DNA of 32,000 nt from Deinococcus radiodurans R1 = ATCC 13939 = DSM 20539. Its GTDB lineage: Bacteria > Deinococcota > Deinococci > Deinococcales > Deinococcaceae. Location of the stretch: positions 2,063,533-2,095,532 of the forward strand of contig NC_001263.1 of assembly GCF_000008565.1 (NCBI RefSeq). Direction: 5' to 3'. Positions 12,329 to 26,420 of this stretch are shown in pieces (the first letter of the stretch is position 1; each line of letters begins with the position of its first letter). The translations under genes were made by a program, and so were the position numbers. The notes below the pieces were generated by a model, which saw nothing but the letters and a program-made list of their open reading frames with translations, did not search any database and was not told the origin of the DNA.

Positions 12329-13339
12329 TTAGCGGCTCAACAGCCGCCAGTGGCTGAGCGTCCCGCCCCGCGTAATGGCCCACAGTTCGCCCGCCGCGCT
12401 TACCCCCACATCGGCGTAGTCGCCGCCGACTGTTTCCAGCCGCCGCAGCCGTCCGCCTGAGGTTTCTATCAGTTGGAGGCCCCGAGAAGTGGCGGCCACC
12501 ACCCGGGTTCCGCCCGGAAGCTGGACCACGGCGCCCAAACGTTCCCCGCACGGCAGCGACGCCAGCGCCCGGCCCGTCGCCGCGTCCCAGAGCCGCACTT
12601 GCCCGTCCGCCGAGGCGCTGAGCAGACGCGCAGGCGAGAGAAACAGCAGGTCGACGAGGCGGGCGCGGTGGGGCGCCTGGCCCGGCTCGTCAGCCAGCAC
12701 ACGCAGGGGCCGCCCAGTCACGCTGCTGCGGAGGATGACCCCGCCGCCGACGGAACCGCTCGCCACCCACCGTCCGTCCGGGCTGAAGGCGAGGGCCGAG
12801 GTCCAGTTGGGTTGCATGCCGTCCCCGGCGGTGGGCCGCGTAACCGGCCAAAAGCTTCGCAGAGGGCTGACCCCCACGCGGACCAGCCGCGTCTGCCCTA
12901 CGGCGTTCACGCCTGCCAGCACGTAGCTTTGACCGCCCGGCGCGAAGGCCAGGGCGCTGACGCCCGCGCCGTCGCTGCCCTCGCGGTTGTCCGCCAATTT
13001 GCCCGTCCAGGCGTCGTAGTGCAGCGTGCCGCTGTGGGCCGACCAGAGGGTGCGGCTGTCGGGGCTGAACAGCAGCGTTTTACCGTCTCCATTGGCGGCG
13101 GGCACCCGGTAGAGCCGCCGCATCTTCGCGGTGTCCCGCACCTCGATGCGGGTGTCGTAGGGCGCGTAGGCGGGCGTGCGCGGCGCCGGGCGGGTCAGCG
13201 CCAGCAAGCGTCCGTCGGGACTGACGGCAATGGGCGCGTGACCCAGCCCTTGCCAGGTTTGGAGCAGGGTGAAAAAGCTGCCGGACGCTCCAGCGGAGCC
13301 GCTGAGCAGCGCCAGCATCAGTACGAGACGACGTGTCAT
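12329..13339 (-). CDS. Secreted WD40 / beta-propeller repeat protein
   Basis: N-terminal signal peptide [18 protein letters not shown]. Repeated SPDGR-type and DGQVRLWD motifs. Confidence 0.75.
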   Translation of the reverse strand: MTRRLVLMLALLSGSAGASGSFFTLLQTWQGLGHAPIAVSPDGRLLALTRPAPRTPAYAPYDTRIEVRDTAKMRRLYRVPAANGDGKTLLFSPDSRTLWSAHSGTLHYDAWTGKLADNREGSDGAGVSALAFAPGGQSYVLAGVNAVGQTRLVRVGVSPLRSFWPVTRPTAGDGMQPNWTSALAFSPDGRWVASGSVGGGVILRSSVTGRPLRVLADEPGQAPHRARLVDLLFLSPARLLSASADGQVRLWDAATGRALASLPCGERLGAVVQLPGGTRVVAATSRGLQLIETSGGRLRRLETVGGDYADVGVSAAGELWAITRGGTLSHWRLLSR

Positions 13340-13417
13340 GCCGCAGCTTAAAGGCCGGGCGGGGGCGGGCGCGTCCGCCTTTCGGTGGATGTTCCTTTCC
13401 CCGGAGCAACCTCAGGC

Positions 13418-13423
13418 TAGACT
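13418..13423 (+). promoter_or_regulatory. -10 box (TAGACT) 7 nt upstream of the pnp ATG
   Basis: TAGACT-GCCCCCC-ATG, with no Shine-Dalgarno sequence. Confidence 0.4.
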
Positions 13424-13430
13424 GCCCCCC

Positions 13431-15770
<2,340 letters not shown>

Positions 15771-15796
15771 GCGAAAGCAGGAGATTTATCTTTAGA

Positions 15797-15828
15797 GGAA
15801 GGGGCCGTCGAGGTGCCCTTCCTTTTTT
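15797..15828 (+). terminator. Terminator after pnp
   Basis: Hairpin GAAGGG...CCCTTC, followed by CTTTTTT. Confidence 0.5.
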
Positions 15829-16115
15829 ATGCTCTGTGTACAGCTTTGGGGTGGGTTGCCCGTCCAGACAGAACACCTACCCGGCCAAGCAGCAGCGGCG
15901 CAAGGCCGTAATAAACTGGGACGCCAGCGAAAAAGGTGAGGGAGACAAACATACCTATCCCCACCAGCGCACCCAGAACCGCTAGCAGCCGCAGCCCTGG
16001 CAGATGCCGTCCCCAGGCCCAGCCTCCCAAGACGGTAAACAAGCTGGCAGCGACGGTCAGCGCCCAGTGCCATGAGGTCACGACGGTGGGCGGACTGGCG
16101 ACAGGCATGGACATG
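15827..16115 (-). CDS. Possible small membrane protein (two predicted TM helices)
   Basis: This is the 3' portion of the 508-aa ORF 15827..17353 that does not overlap pilD. It starts MSMPVASPP... and has two hydrophobic segments. GC3 is moderate and there is no family match. Confidence 0.35.
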
Positions 16116-16306
16116 GGTTTATTCTTCCCTGCTGCTCCTGACCCCACTCTGAACAAGAGTTTGCTCCTGCAAGCTGTTTTTTGAGCCAGAGAAGCTACGG
16201 GTGTGAACGGCGCAGAGCACATACGGATGCTTTTCCCAGACGCGCGGACGAGAGTCCAAATCCGTGTGACAGGTCCCTGTGACGCCCCGGCCCGTAGGCT
16301 GGGCGG

Positions 16307-17473
16307 GTGAACGTCGACACCCTCATCGTCCTCTTCGCCGGGCTGCTGGGCCTGCTGGTGGGGTCTTTTTCCAATGTGCTGATCTGGCGCCTGCCGAGAG
16401 GCGAAAACATCGCTTTTCCGCCGAGCCACTGCCCCAAGTGCGACCATCCGCTCAAGCCCACCGACCTCGTGCCGGTCTTTTCCTGGCTGGCGCTGGGAGG
16501 CCGCTGCCGCTACTGCCGCGCACCCATTAACCCGCGCTATCCGGTGGTGGAACTGCTCACGGGCGTCGCCTACGCCGTCATTGCCGCGACGTTTCCGCTG
16601 AGCACCTACGAGGCGGGCACGCTGGGACTGATGGTGCTGTTCACGATTTTGCTCGTCGGCAGCGCGATTGACCTCGACACCATGACTCTCCCTGACGAGC
16701 TGACGCTGCCCGGCACCCTGCTCGGCGTGCTGTTCGGGCTCGCGGGCGCGGGGCTCTACGCGCAGGAGGGTCAGTTGGGCCTGCCCAACGTCGCGCAGGC
16801 GGTGGAAGGCGCGCTGATGGGCGCGGGCGTCATCGTCTTGATCAGCGTGTACGGCTCGTGGGTGCTGCGGCGCTTCCGCGAACGGCAGTGGCCTGAAGCG
16901 CCCATCGGTTACCAGCAAATCAGCCTGGGGCTGCTGGCAGGCGCGTGGCTGGGGCCGTGGTGGGGCCTGGGCGTCGCGCTGCTCTCGGCGGCGGTCAACG
17001 TGGCGGCGAAAAAGGCCGTGCGGATTCCTGAACTGCTCACGCTGGGCGGCTTTCTGGTCAGCCTCGCCCTGAGCAGCGCGGGCACAGGGCCGGGCCTGCT
17101 CGACATGCTGCGCGGCGGCCTGATGGCGGCGGGCGCCGTCTCGCTCGTCTGCGGCGTGTACTGGTGGATCTACTGGCGGCGCAACAAGCAGGCTGAAGAC
17201 GACGGCACCGACGACGAGCAGAGTGACCCGGTGGCGATGGGCTTCGGGGACGTGAAGCTCGCCGCTGTGATTGGCGCCTTTCTGGGCTGGGAGCGGCTGC
17301 TGCTTGCCGTGGTGGTGGCAATTTTTGCGGGCGCCGTGCTGGGGCTGGTGCAACTCGCGCTCAAGCAGGAAAACCGGGTCAAGTTCGGCCCTTACCTCGC
17401 CCTGGGGGCCGTCGTCGCGCTGCTGTGGGGCGGGCCGCTGCTGGACTGGTACCGGGGGCTGCTAGGGATGTAA
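16307..17473 (+). CDS. pilD: Prepilin peptidase (A24 family, PilD-like), unusually long
   Basis: N-terminal zinc-binding CPKC...CRYC. Aspartate motifs AIDLDTMTLPD and GFGDVKL. The GTG start is preceded by TAGGCT (16295-16300) plus 6 nt. Confidence 0.85.
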   Translation: MNVDTLIVLFAGLLGLLVGSFSNVLIWRLPRGENIAFPPSHCPKCDHPLKPTDLVPVFSWLALGGRCRYCRAPINPRYPVVELLTGVAYAVIAATFPLSTYEAGTLGLMVLFTILLVGSAIDLDTMTLPDELTLPGTLLGVLFGLAGAGLYAQEGQLGLPNVAQAVEGALMGAGVIVLISVYGSWVLRRFRERQWPEAPIGYQQISLGLLAGAWLGPWWGLGVALLSAAVNVAAKKAVRIPELLTLGGFLVSLALSSAGTGPGLLDMLRGGLMAAGAVSLVCGVYWWIYWRRNKQAEDDGTDDEQSDPVAMGFGDVKLAAVIGAFLGWERLLLAVVVAIFAGAVLGLVQLALKQENRVKFGPYLALGAVVALLWGGPLLDWYRGLLGM

Positions 17474-17486
17474 CGGCGATAAAGAC

Positions 17487-17538
17487 CAAAAAGGAAGGGC
17501 CTTTCCGCCAGTTTCACCGGAAAGGCCCTTCCTTTTTT
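17487..17538. terminator. Bidirectional rho-independent terminator
   Basis: Perfect 15-bp stem GGAAGGGCCTTTCCG / CGGAAAGGCCCTTCC, flanked by an A-run and a T-run. It lies between convergent pilD and the DUF212 gene. Confidence 0.75.
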
Positions 17539-17552
17539 CGTCTCTTCTCAAG

Positions 17553-17673
17553 GCATTTAATGAAAAGATGCTTTGTGGTCTTGACCCTCTCCACTGGTGG
17601 GAGAGGGCCTGCCAAAGGCAGGGGTGAGGGGGCGTCCAGGCTAAATCTAACGAAACCTCATCCCATTAAATGC
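17553..17673. repeat. 121-bp AT-rich-ended element with 10-bp terminal inverted repeats (candidate MITE / small noncoding repeat)
   Basis: GCATTTAATG at 17553-17562 and CATTAAATGC at 17664-17673. Internal hairpins CCCTCTCC/GGAGAGGG (17585-17607) and CCTGCC/GGCAGG (17608-17622). Confidence 0.35.
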
Positions 17674-17674
17674 T

Positions 17675-18133
17675 CTACAGCACCCGGAACGCCAGCCACC
17701 CCGCGAAAATTCCGATCAGCGTGCCCACGAACACTTCTGAATAGGTGTGGCCCATCAGCACCCGCAGCGGCTTGGGCGCGAAGCCCTCGCGGACGACCGC
17801 GCGCAGTTCCTCGATCAGCTCGTTGAGGAGCCGGGCCTGCACCCCCGAGGAGTGGCGCACCCCGCTCGCGTCGTACATCACGATCAGGGCGAAGGTGGCG
17901 GCGATGGCGAACAGCGGCGTGTCCCAGCCCTCGGTAAGGCCGATGCCGGTGCTCAGGGCGCTGACCATCGCCGAGTGGCTGCTCGGCATCCCGCCGGTTT
18001 CCATAAAGGCGCCGGGGTGCCAGCGCCGCTCCAGCAGCAAAATCAGCAGCACCTTGAGCACCTGCGCCCCCAGGGAAGCGAACACTGCCGCCCACAGCCA
18101 GCGGTTGCTCAGCAGCTCAGTCAGGGTCGTCAC
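17675..18133 (-). CDS. Divergent PAP2 family protein (DUF212)
   Basis: Characteristic motif GGMPSSHSA and multiple TM segments. GGAGC lies 8 nt upstream of the ATG. Confidence 0.8.
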   Translation of the reverse strand: MTTLTELLSNRWLWAAVFASLGAQVLKVLLILLLERRWHPGAFMETGGMPSSHSAMVSALSTGIGLTEGWDTPLFAIAATFALIVMYDASGVRHSSGVQARLLNELIEELRAVVREGFAPKPLRVLMGHTYSEVFVGTLIGIFAGWLAFRVL

Positions 18134-18156
18134 AGCAGCTCCGGCAAAACGTCGGC

Positions 18157-18731
<575 letters not shown>

Positions 18732-18735
<4 letters not shown>

Positions 18736-19139
18736 CTCGCGCCCTGGCCTTTTGCGGTGGCCGAGGGTTTGACGCTGCTCTGCGCCCTGGCACCGGGCTG
18801 CTCCTTGGGCACGCACACGCCCTGCACCGAGATGTTGACGGTCTTGACCTTGAGTCCTGTCATCAGTTCGATGTTCTCACAGATCGAGCGCTGCGCCTGC
18901 TGCGAGACCTTGACGAGGTGCTGGCCGTACTCGATGTTCAGGCCCACGTCCACCGTCACTTCCTGGCCTTCGCGGGTCACGCGCAGGGCGCGCGGGCGCC
19001 GGGCGCCGGGCTGGTTGCGAATGACCTCGCCCACCTTGAGGGGAGCGGGCGCGATCTCGACGCCTTCGATGTGGTCGAGCGTGGTCGATGCGATATCGAG
19101 CAGCACGCTTTTGCTGATGTCTACTTCGGGGGTGGTCAT
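18732..19139 (-). CDS. Asp23/Gls24 family envelope stress response protein
   Basis: Typical Asp23 N-terminus: [20 protein letters not shown] ... [20 protein letters not shown] lies upstream. It sits directly upstream of nusB, as in many bacteria. Confidence 0.85.
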
Positions 19140-19209
19140 GCTCGTGTGCCTCCGGGCGCGGGAGAGTGGTGAGCCGCGCCGCTTGTCAGACTAGGGTAGC
19201 AGCCGGCGG

Positions 19210-21387
<2,178 letters not shown>

Positions 21388-21521
21388 TCAGGGGCACATC
21401 AGGCTTCTTGCCCTGCGCTCACTGCGGTTCTTTATACTTGACGGTGGTTTGAGCAGACAACTCGCGCAGACCTGAGGCCAACGCCCGTTTGACCCGTTTT
21501 TCTGTTTCCCCAGGAGACCCC

Positions 21522-22628
21522 ATGAAAAAATTTGTAACCCTGGCCCTCACCCTGAGCACCCTCGGCGCTTCCGTCGCTTCGGCACAGGCCGTGCGCGTGG
21601 GGATGGCCTACGACGCCGGCGGCAAGGCCGACAAGAGCTTTAACCAGAGCGCCTACGAAGGCAGCCAGCTTGCCGCCAAGAAGCTCGGCATTCAGGTCAA
21701 GGACTTTGAGCCCAGCGACCCCAGCCAGATCATCCAGGGCGTGCGCTCCTTTGCCAAGGAAGGCTTTGACCTGACCATCGGCGTGGGCTTTTCCAACAAC
21801 GCCAGCATCACCCAGGTCGCCAAGGAAAACCCCGACCTGTACTTCGGTCTGGTGGACGACGTGAGCACCGCCAAGAACGTCGCCAGCCTGGTGTTCAACG
21901 AAGAGCAGGGCAGCTACCTCGTGGGCTACCTCGCCGCCATGAACTCCTCGACGGGCGTGGTGGGCTTTATCGGCGGCATGAACATTCCGCTGATCCACAA
22001 GTTCGAAGCCGGCTACCGCGCGGGCGTGAAGGCCGCCAACCCCAAGGCCACCATCATCTCGCAGTACGTGGGCAACACCCCCGAAGCCTGGAACAACCCC
22101 GGCAAGGCCAAGGAAATCGCCGCCAACATGCGTGGGCGCGGCGCCGACATCATCTTCGCGGCGGCGGGCGGCTCCGGCAACGGCCTGATCGATTACATCA
22201 AACAGACCCCCTGCCTCAACGCCTCTCAGCTTCCCAAGGGCGTGACCTTCAAGTCCGACAACTTCAAGAACGTCAAGAAGAGCGCCGCCTATGCCAAGGC
22301 CTGCACGGGCAACACCCGCCCAATGTTCTTTATTGGCGTGGACAGCAACCAGAACTACCTCGGCGACTTCGACAAGAACCCCGCGACCCTCAACCACGGC
22401 CTGACCAGCATGGTCAAGCGGGTGGACAACGCGGTGTACGCCCTGATCAACGAAGTCAAGAACGACAAGTTCAAGGCCGGCGAGCGCCGCTTCGGCCTCA
22501 AGGACGGCGGCGTCGCCTACGCGGTGGACCAGTACAACAAGGCCCTGCTGCCCGCTGCCCAGATCGCCAAGGTCGAAGCTGTCAAGCAGCAGATCATCAA
22601 GGGCCAGATCAAGGTGCCGACCAAGTAA
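21522..22628 (+). CDS. BMP family ABC transporter substrate-binding protein (PnrA/Med-like)
   Basis: Signal peptide MKKFVTLALTLSTLGASVASAQA. AGGAG at 21512-21516. BMP-type motif DKSFNQSAYEG. Confidence 0.85.
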   Translation: MKKFVTLALTLSTLGASVASAQAVRVGMAYDAGGKADKSFNQSAYEGSQLAAKKLGIQVKDFEPSDPSQIIQGVRSFAKEGFDLTIGVGFSNNASITQVAKENPDLYFGLVDDVSTAKNVASLVFNEEQGSYLVGYLAAMNSSTGVVGFIGGMNIPLIHKFEAGYRAGVKAANPKATIISQYVGNTPEAWNNPGKAKEIAANMRGRGADIIFAAAGGSGNGLIDYIKQTPCLNASQLPKGVTFKSDNFKNVKKSAAYAKACTGNTRPMFFIGVDSNQNYLGDFDKNPATLNHGLTSMVKRVDNAVYALINEVKNDKFKAGERRFGLKDGGVAYAVDQYNKALLPAAQIAKVEAVKQQIIKGQIKVPTK

Positions 22629-22645
22629 GCTCAACCTCTTAAGAG

Positions 22646-22670
22646 CCGCTCCTTCGGGGGCGGTTTTTTT
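22646..22670 (+). terminator. Rho-independent terminator after the BMP gene
   Basis: Stem CCGCTCC / GGGGCGG with a TTCG tetraloop, followed by TTTTTTT. Confidence 0.7.
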
Positions 22671-22686
22671 GGTGCCGTGAACACAG

Positions 22687-22719
22687 AAAAGGCCCAGCAT
22701 CCTCAAAGGACACCGGGCC
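22687..22719 (-). terminator. Rho-independent terminator after glmM
   Basis: Minus-strand hairpin GGCCCGGTGTCCT-TTG-AGGATGCTGGGCC (about 13 bp including wobble pairs), followed by TTTT. Confidence 0.6.
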
Positions 22720-22735
22720 AGTCAGCGAGCAAAGC

Positions 22736-24070
<1,335 letters not shown>

Positions 24071-24142
24071 ATCCTCGCCATGATACGTCGGTGAGTGCCG
24101 TGTGTACGAGGCTCAAGATGGGGATGACTGACTACGAGGCCG

Positions 24143-25225
24143 TCAGGCGAGGCCGAGAAACGCCCGGTACCGCCCCAACTCTTTCTCCACCCCCGATGCC
24201 AAAGTCTTCGTTTGCCGAACGCCGGGCAGGAAGTGTAGGTCGGCCTTCAGCTCACCGCCCTCTCCCTTCAGATTGGCCCACCCCACCGCCTTTTCCCCGC
24301 TGAAGACCGGCAGCGCGTAGTACCCGAACTGCCGTTTCGCGGCGGGCGTATACGCCTCCAGCTTGTACGCCCAGCCGTGCAGGTGTTCAAAGCGGCGACG
24401 GTCCCACACCAGCGGGTCGAAGGGACCGACGATGCGGACGCCTCTGGGCGCGGGCACATCTTCAAGATTCCACTCGGCGGGCCACACGTAGCGCACGCCG
24501 TCCACCACCGCGCCCGCCAGTTCTTCACGGGCCGCCCGCTTGAACGCCGCGCGCAGTTCGCCGTGCAGGTGCGGAAAGCCGAAGCGCGAGAGGGTGACGA
24601 GGTAGCCCAAACTCGCCTCGGGCAGCGGGCCGTACAGCGCAGCGAGCAGGTGCACCGCACCGCGCAGCCGCTCCGCATCAGGAAGGGGGTCGCGGCGCAA
24701 CTCGGCCAGATGGGGAGCCGGGCCGTAAAGCCGCACGCCGGACACCCGGCGGGTCACGCGGGCCTCGCCCCGGTAGTGCAGCGCGTCCAGGGCGCGAGTG
24801 GTGGCGCTGCTCTGGCCGCCCCAGGCGTTGCCGACGCGGCCCCGGCCAATCAAGGTGTCGGCCTCGCGGGGGTGGAGTTCTGCGCGCTCACGCAGCAGCC
24901 CCCGCACCTCGTCCAGAAGTTCCGGGTGCTCGCGCTCGATGCGGGTCACGCCGACCTCGCGCGGGTGCAGCAGCTTTTGCGTCTCACGCGGGAAAAAGCC
25001 GTAGTTGGGGAGCATGTCCTCTTCGGCGTCGAGCGCGGGGTAAAGGCGTTCGAGGTCGCCCGCGCGGTAGCCCCGCACCCGCCCCATCAGCGTCAAATCC
25101 TGCGCCCTGGCCGGGGCGCGGATGGGGTCGGCTTGCAGGAACCCGAGGGCGCTGAGCGCCGTTTGCACGTCCGGCTGCGGGGTGAGGGTACGGAAGGCGG
25201 CGGCGCGCAGGGTGGCGAGGTTCAT
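24143..25225 (-). CDS. YcaQ/AlkZ-like winged-helix (HTH_42) protein, putative crosslink-repair DNA glycosylase
   Basis: N-terminal LGFLQADPIRAP carries a Q-hydrophobic-D motif (Q31-A32-D33, nt 25127-25135). About 360 aa. The ATG overlaps the upstream stop (ATGA). Confidence 0.7.
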   Translation of the reverse strand: MNLATLRAAAFRTLTPQPDVQTALSALGFLQADPIRAPARAQDLTLMGRVRGYRAGDLERLYPALDAEEDMLPNYGFFPRETQKLLHPREVGVTRIEREHPELLDEVRGLLRERAELHPREADTLIGRGRVGNAWGGQSSATTRALDALHYRGEARVTRRVSGVRLYGPAPHLAELRRDPLPDAERLRGAVHLLAALYGPLPEASLGYLVTLSRFGFPHLHGELRAAFKRAAREELAGAVVDGVRYVWPAEWNLEDVPAPRGVRIVGPFDPLVWDRRRFEHLHGWAYKLEAYTPAAKRQFGYYALPVFSGEKAVGWANLKGEGGELKADLHFLPGVRQTKTLASGVEKELGRYRAFLGLA

Positions 25226-25800
25226 GGATGAGGGTTGCTGGACGACAGGGCGAGAGCTTCGGCGTGCCCCATGATGGCCCGCGCCGCTTCCTCCGGGGAA
25301 AGCCGCGAAGTGTCCAGCGTCAACATGCCTTCCGGCACAGGCAAGACGCCTTTGCTGTCCAGCACGGCCTGCAACGTGTCGGGGTCGGTCAACTTCAGGC
25401 GGGCACGGCGCTCCGGCAGCGGCATCCGGCGCCGCAGTTCTTCGGTGGGGCAGGTCAGGAAGACCGGGACGAAAGTGGCCCCCCGCTGCTCAGCCAGCGC
25501 CGCGAACTTGCCTATCATCTCGGCCTCACCGGGCAGGTCTGCCAGGTAGTTGGTGAAAATATGGCTGACCCCCGCCGGAGCCGCCGCCACCGCCTCCAGC
25601 AGCAGCGCCCGCAGGCGGCGGGTAAAAGACCAGACCTCGGCGGGCGGGTCGCCCTGGCCCGTGAAGCCGAACGCTGCGAACATCGGGTCATTGATGATGT
25701 GGTTGTCGAGCAGCGCCGCGCCGGTCAGCCGCGTGAGTTCCAGCCCCACGGTGCGTTTGCCGCTGCCGGGCGGCCCGATGAGATAGAAGAGACGGCTCAC
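25222..25800 (-). CDS. P-loop NTPase / kinase-like protein (AAA_33 or shikimate-kinase-like fold)
   Basis: Walker A GPPGSGKRT at residues 9-17. The GTG start overlaps the upstream stop (GTGA at 25797-25800). Confidence 0.65.
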   Translation of the reverse strand: MSRLFYLIGPPGSGKRTVGLELTRLTGAALLDNHIINDPMFAAFGFTGQGDPPAEVWSFTRRLRALLLEAVAAAPAGVSHIFTNYLADLPGEAEMIGKFAALAEQRGATFVPVFLTCPTEELRRRMPLPERRARLKLTDPDTLQAVLDSKGVLPVPEGMLTLDTSRLSPEEAARAIMGHAEALALSSSNPHP

Positions 25801-26369
25801 GGCGCGGCCAGCTCCATGCTCGGCTGCGCGGGCGACACCCAGCCGTTGCCCCGAATCAGAAAGCGCCAGGGCAGGTTGCGCCCTTCGCGGATGCCTACGC
25901 GGGCGGTGACGGTGACTTCATCGTCGGCCAGCGGAGTCTCCGGCGCGAGCAGGTGCAGTTCGGGGCTGTTCACCGGGCGGTGGCTGATCTGCATGGGGTC
26001 AAGGCCGAGCGCGTAGACCAGTTTCGCCGGGCCGCTCGTCAGGTCGCGCTGGCGGGTCACAGGGCGGTAATCGAGCATTTTGCCCGCCCCTTCCAGCGGC
26101 TCAAGCGCCCGGATCAGCACGCTGGCGCTCACCCCTTCCTGACGGCAGGCGACCTGCAACAGCGGGTGCCCGTGCGCGAACCAGAACAGCCAGTGACCGG
26201 GCGCAATCGCCATTTCCGCGCTGCGGGCGGCGTGAAAGCGCCCGGCGGTGCAGGCCGGGTCACGCGGGCAGTCGTAGGCTTCCACTTCCACCACTCGCCC
26301 GCTCAGGCGGTGGCCGTCCGGGGTTACGCGGACCAGCGTGCCTCCGAGCAGCTCGCGGGCAAGGCGCAC
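25797..26369 (-). CDS. mpg: DNA-3-methyladenine (methylpurine) glycosylase, AAG/MPG family; true start probably upstream of GTG 26369
   Basis: Matches: LARELLGG..LVR; catalytic-region VEVEAY; VLIRALEPLEG; SGPAKL; PWRF. The homologous N-terminal segment LNPAHFDANPV continues upstream of the GTG, up to the in-frame TGA at 26421-26423. Confidence 0.8.
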   Translation of the reverse strand: MRLARELLGGTLVRVTPDGHRLSGRVVEVEAYDCPRDPACTAGRFHAARSAEMAIAPGHWLFWFAHGHPLLQVACRQEGVSASVLIRALEPLEGAGKMLDYRPVTRQRDLTSGPAKLVYALGLDPMQISHRPVNSPELHLLAPETPLADDEVTVTARVGIREGRNLPWRFLIRGNGWVSPAQPSMELAAP

Positions 26370-26420
26370 CGGGTTGGCGTCGAAGTGGGCGGGATTTAGG
26401 GGTGGAAGCGGCGGCAGGAC

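Noticed and set aside
12322-12338. Small hairpin GAGCC/GGCTC spanning both convergent stop codons as a terminator
   Set aside because: It has only 5 bp and no T-run on either side, so it is too weak to call.
13269-13430. Upstream start for pnp
   Set aside because: It would overlap the divergent WD40 gene and its promoter. PNPase homologs begin at the MIGKTF-equivalent position.
16116-17353. Upstream 412 codons of the 508-aa minus-strand ORF 15827..17353
   Set aside because: It is antisense to the prepilin peptidase gene. The His/Arg/Gln/Ala-rich sequence has no motifs. Only the non-overlapping 3' part was kept, as a weak candidate.
21432-22706. 424-aa ORF on the minus strand
   Set aside because: It is antisense to the BMP-family gene, which has a Shine-Dalgarno sequence, a signal peptide and a terminator.
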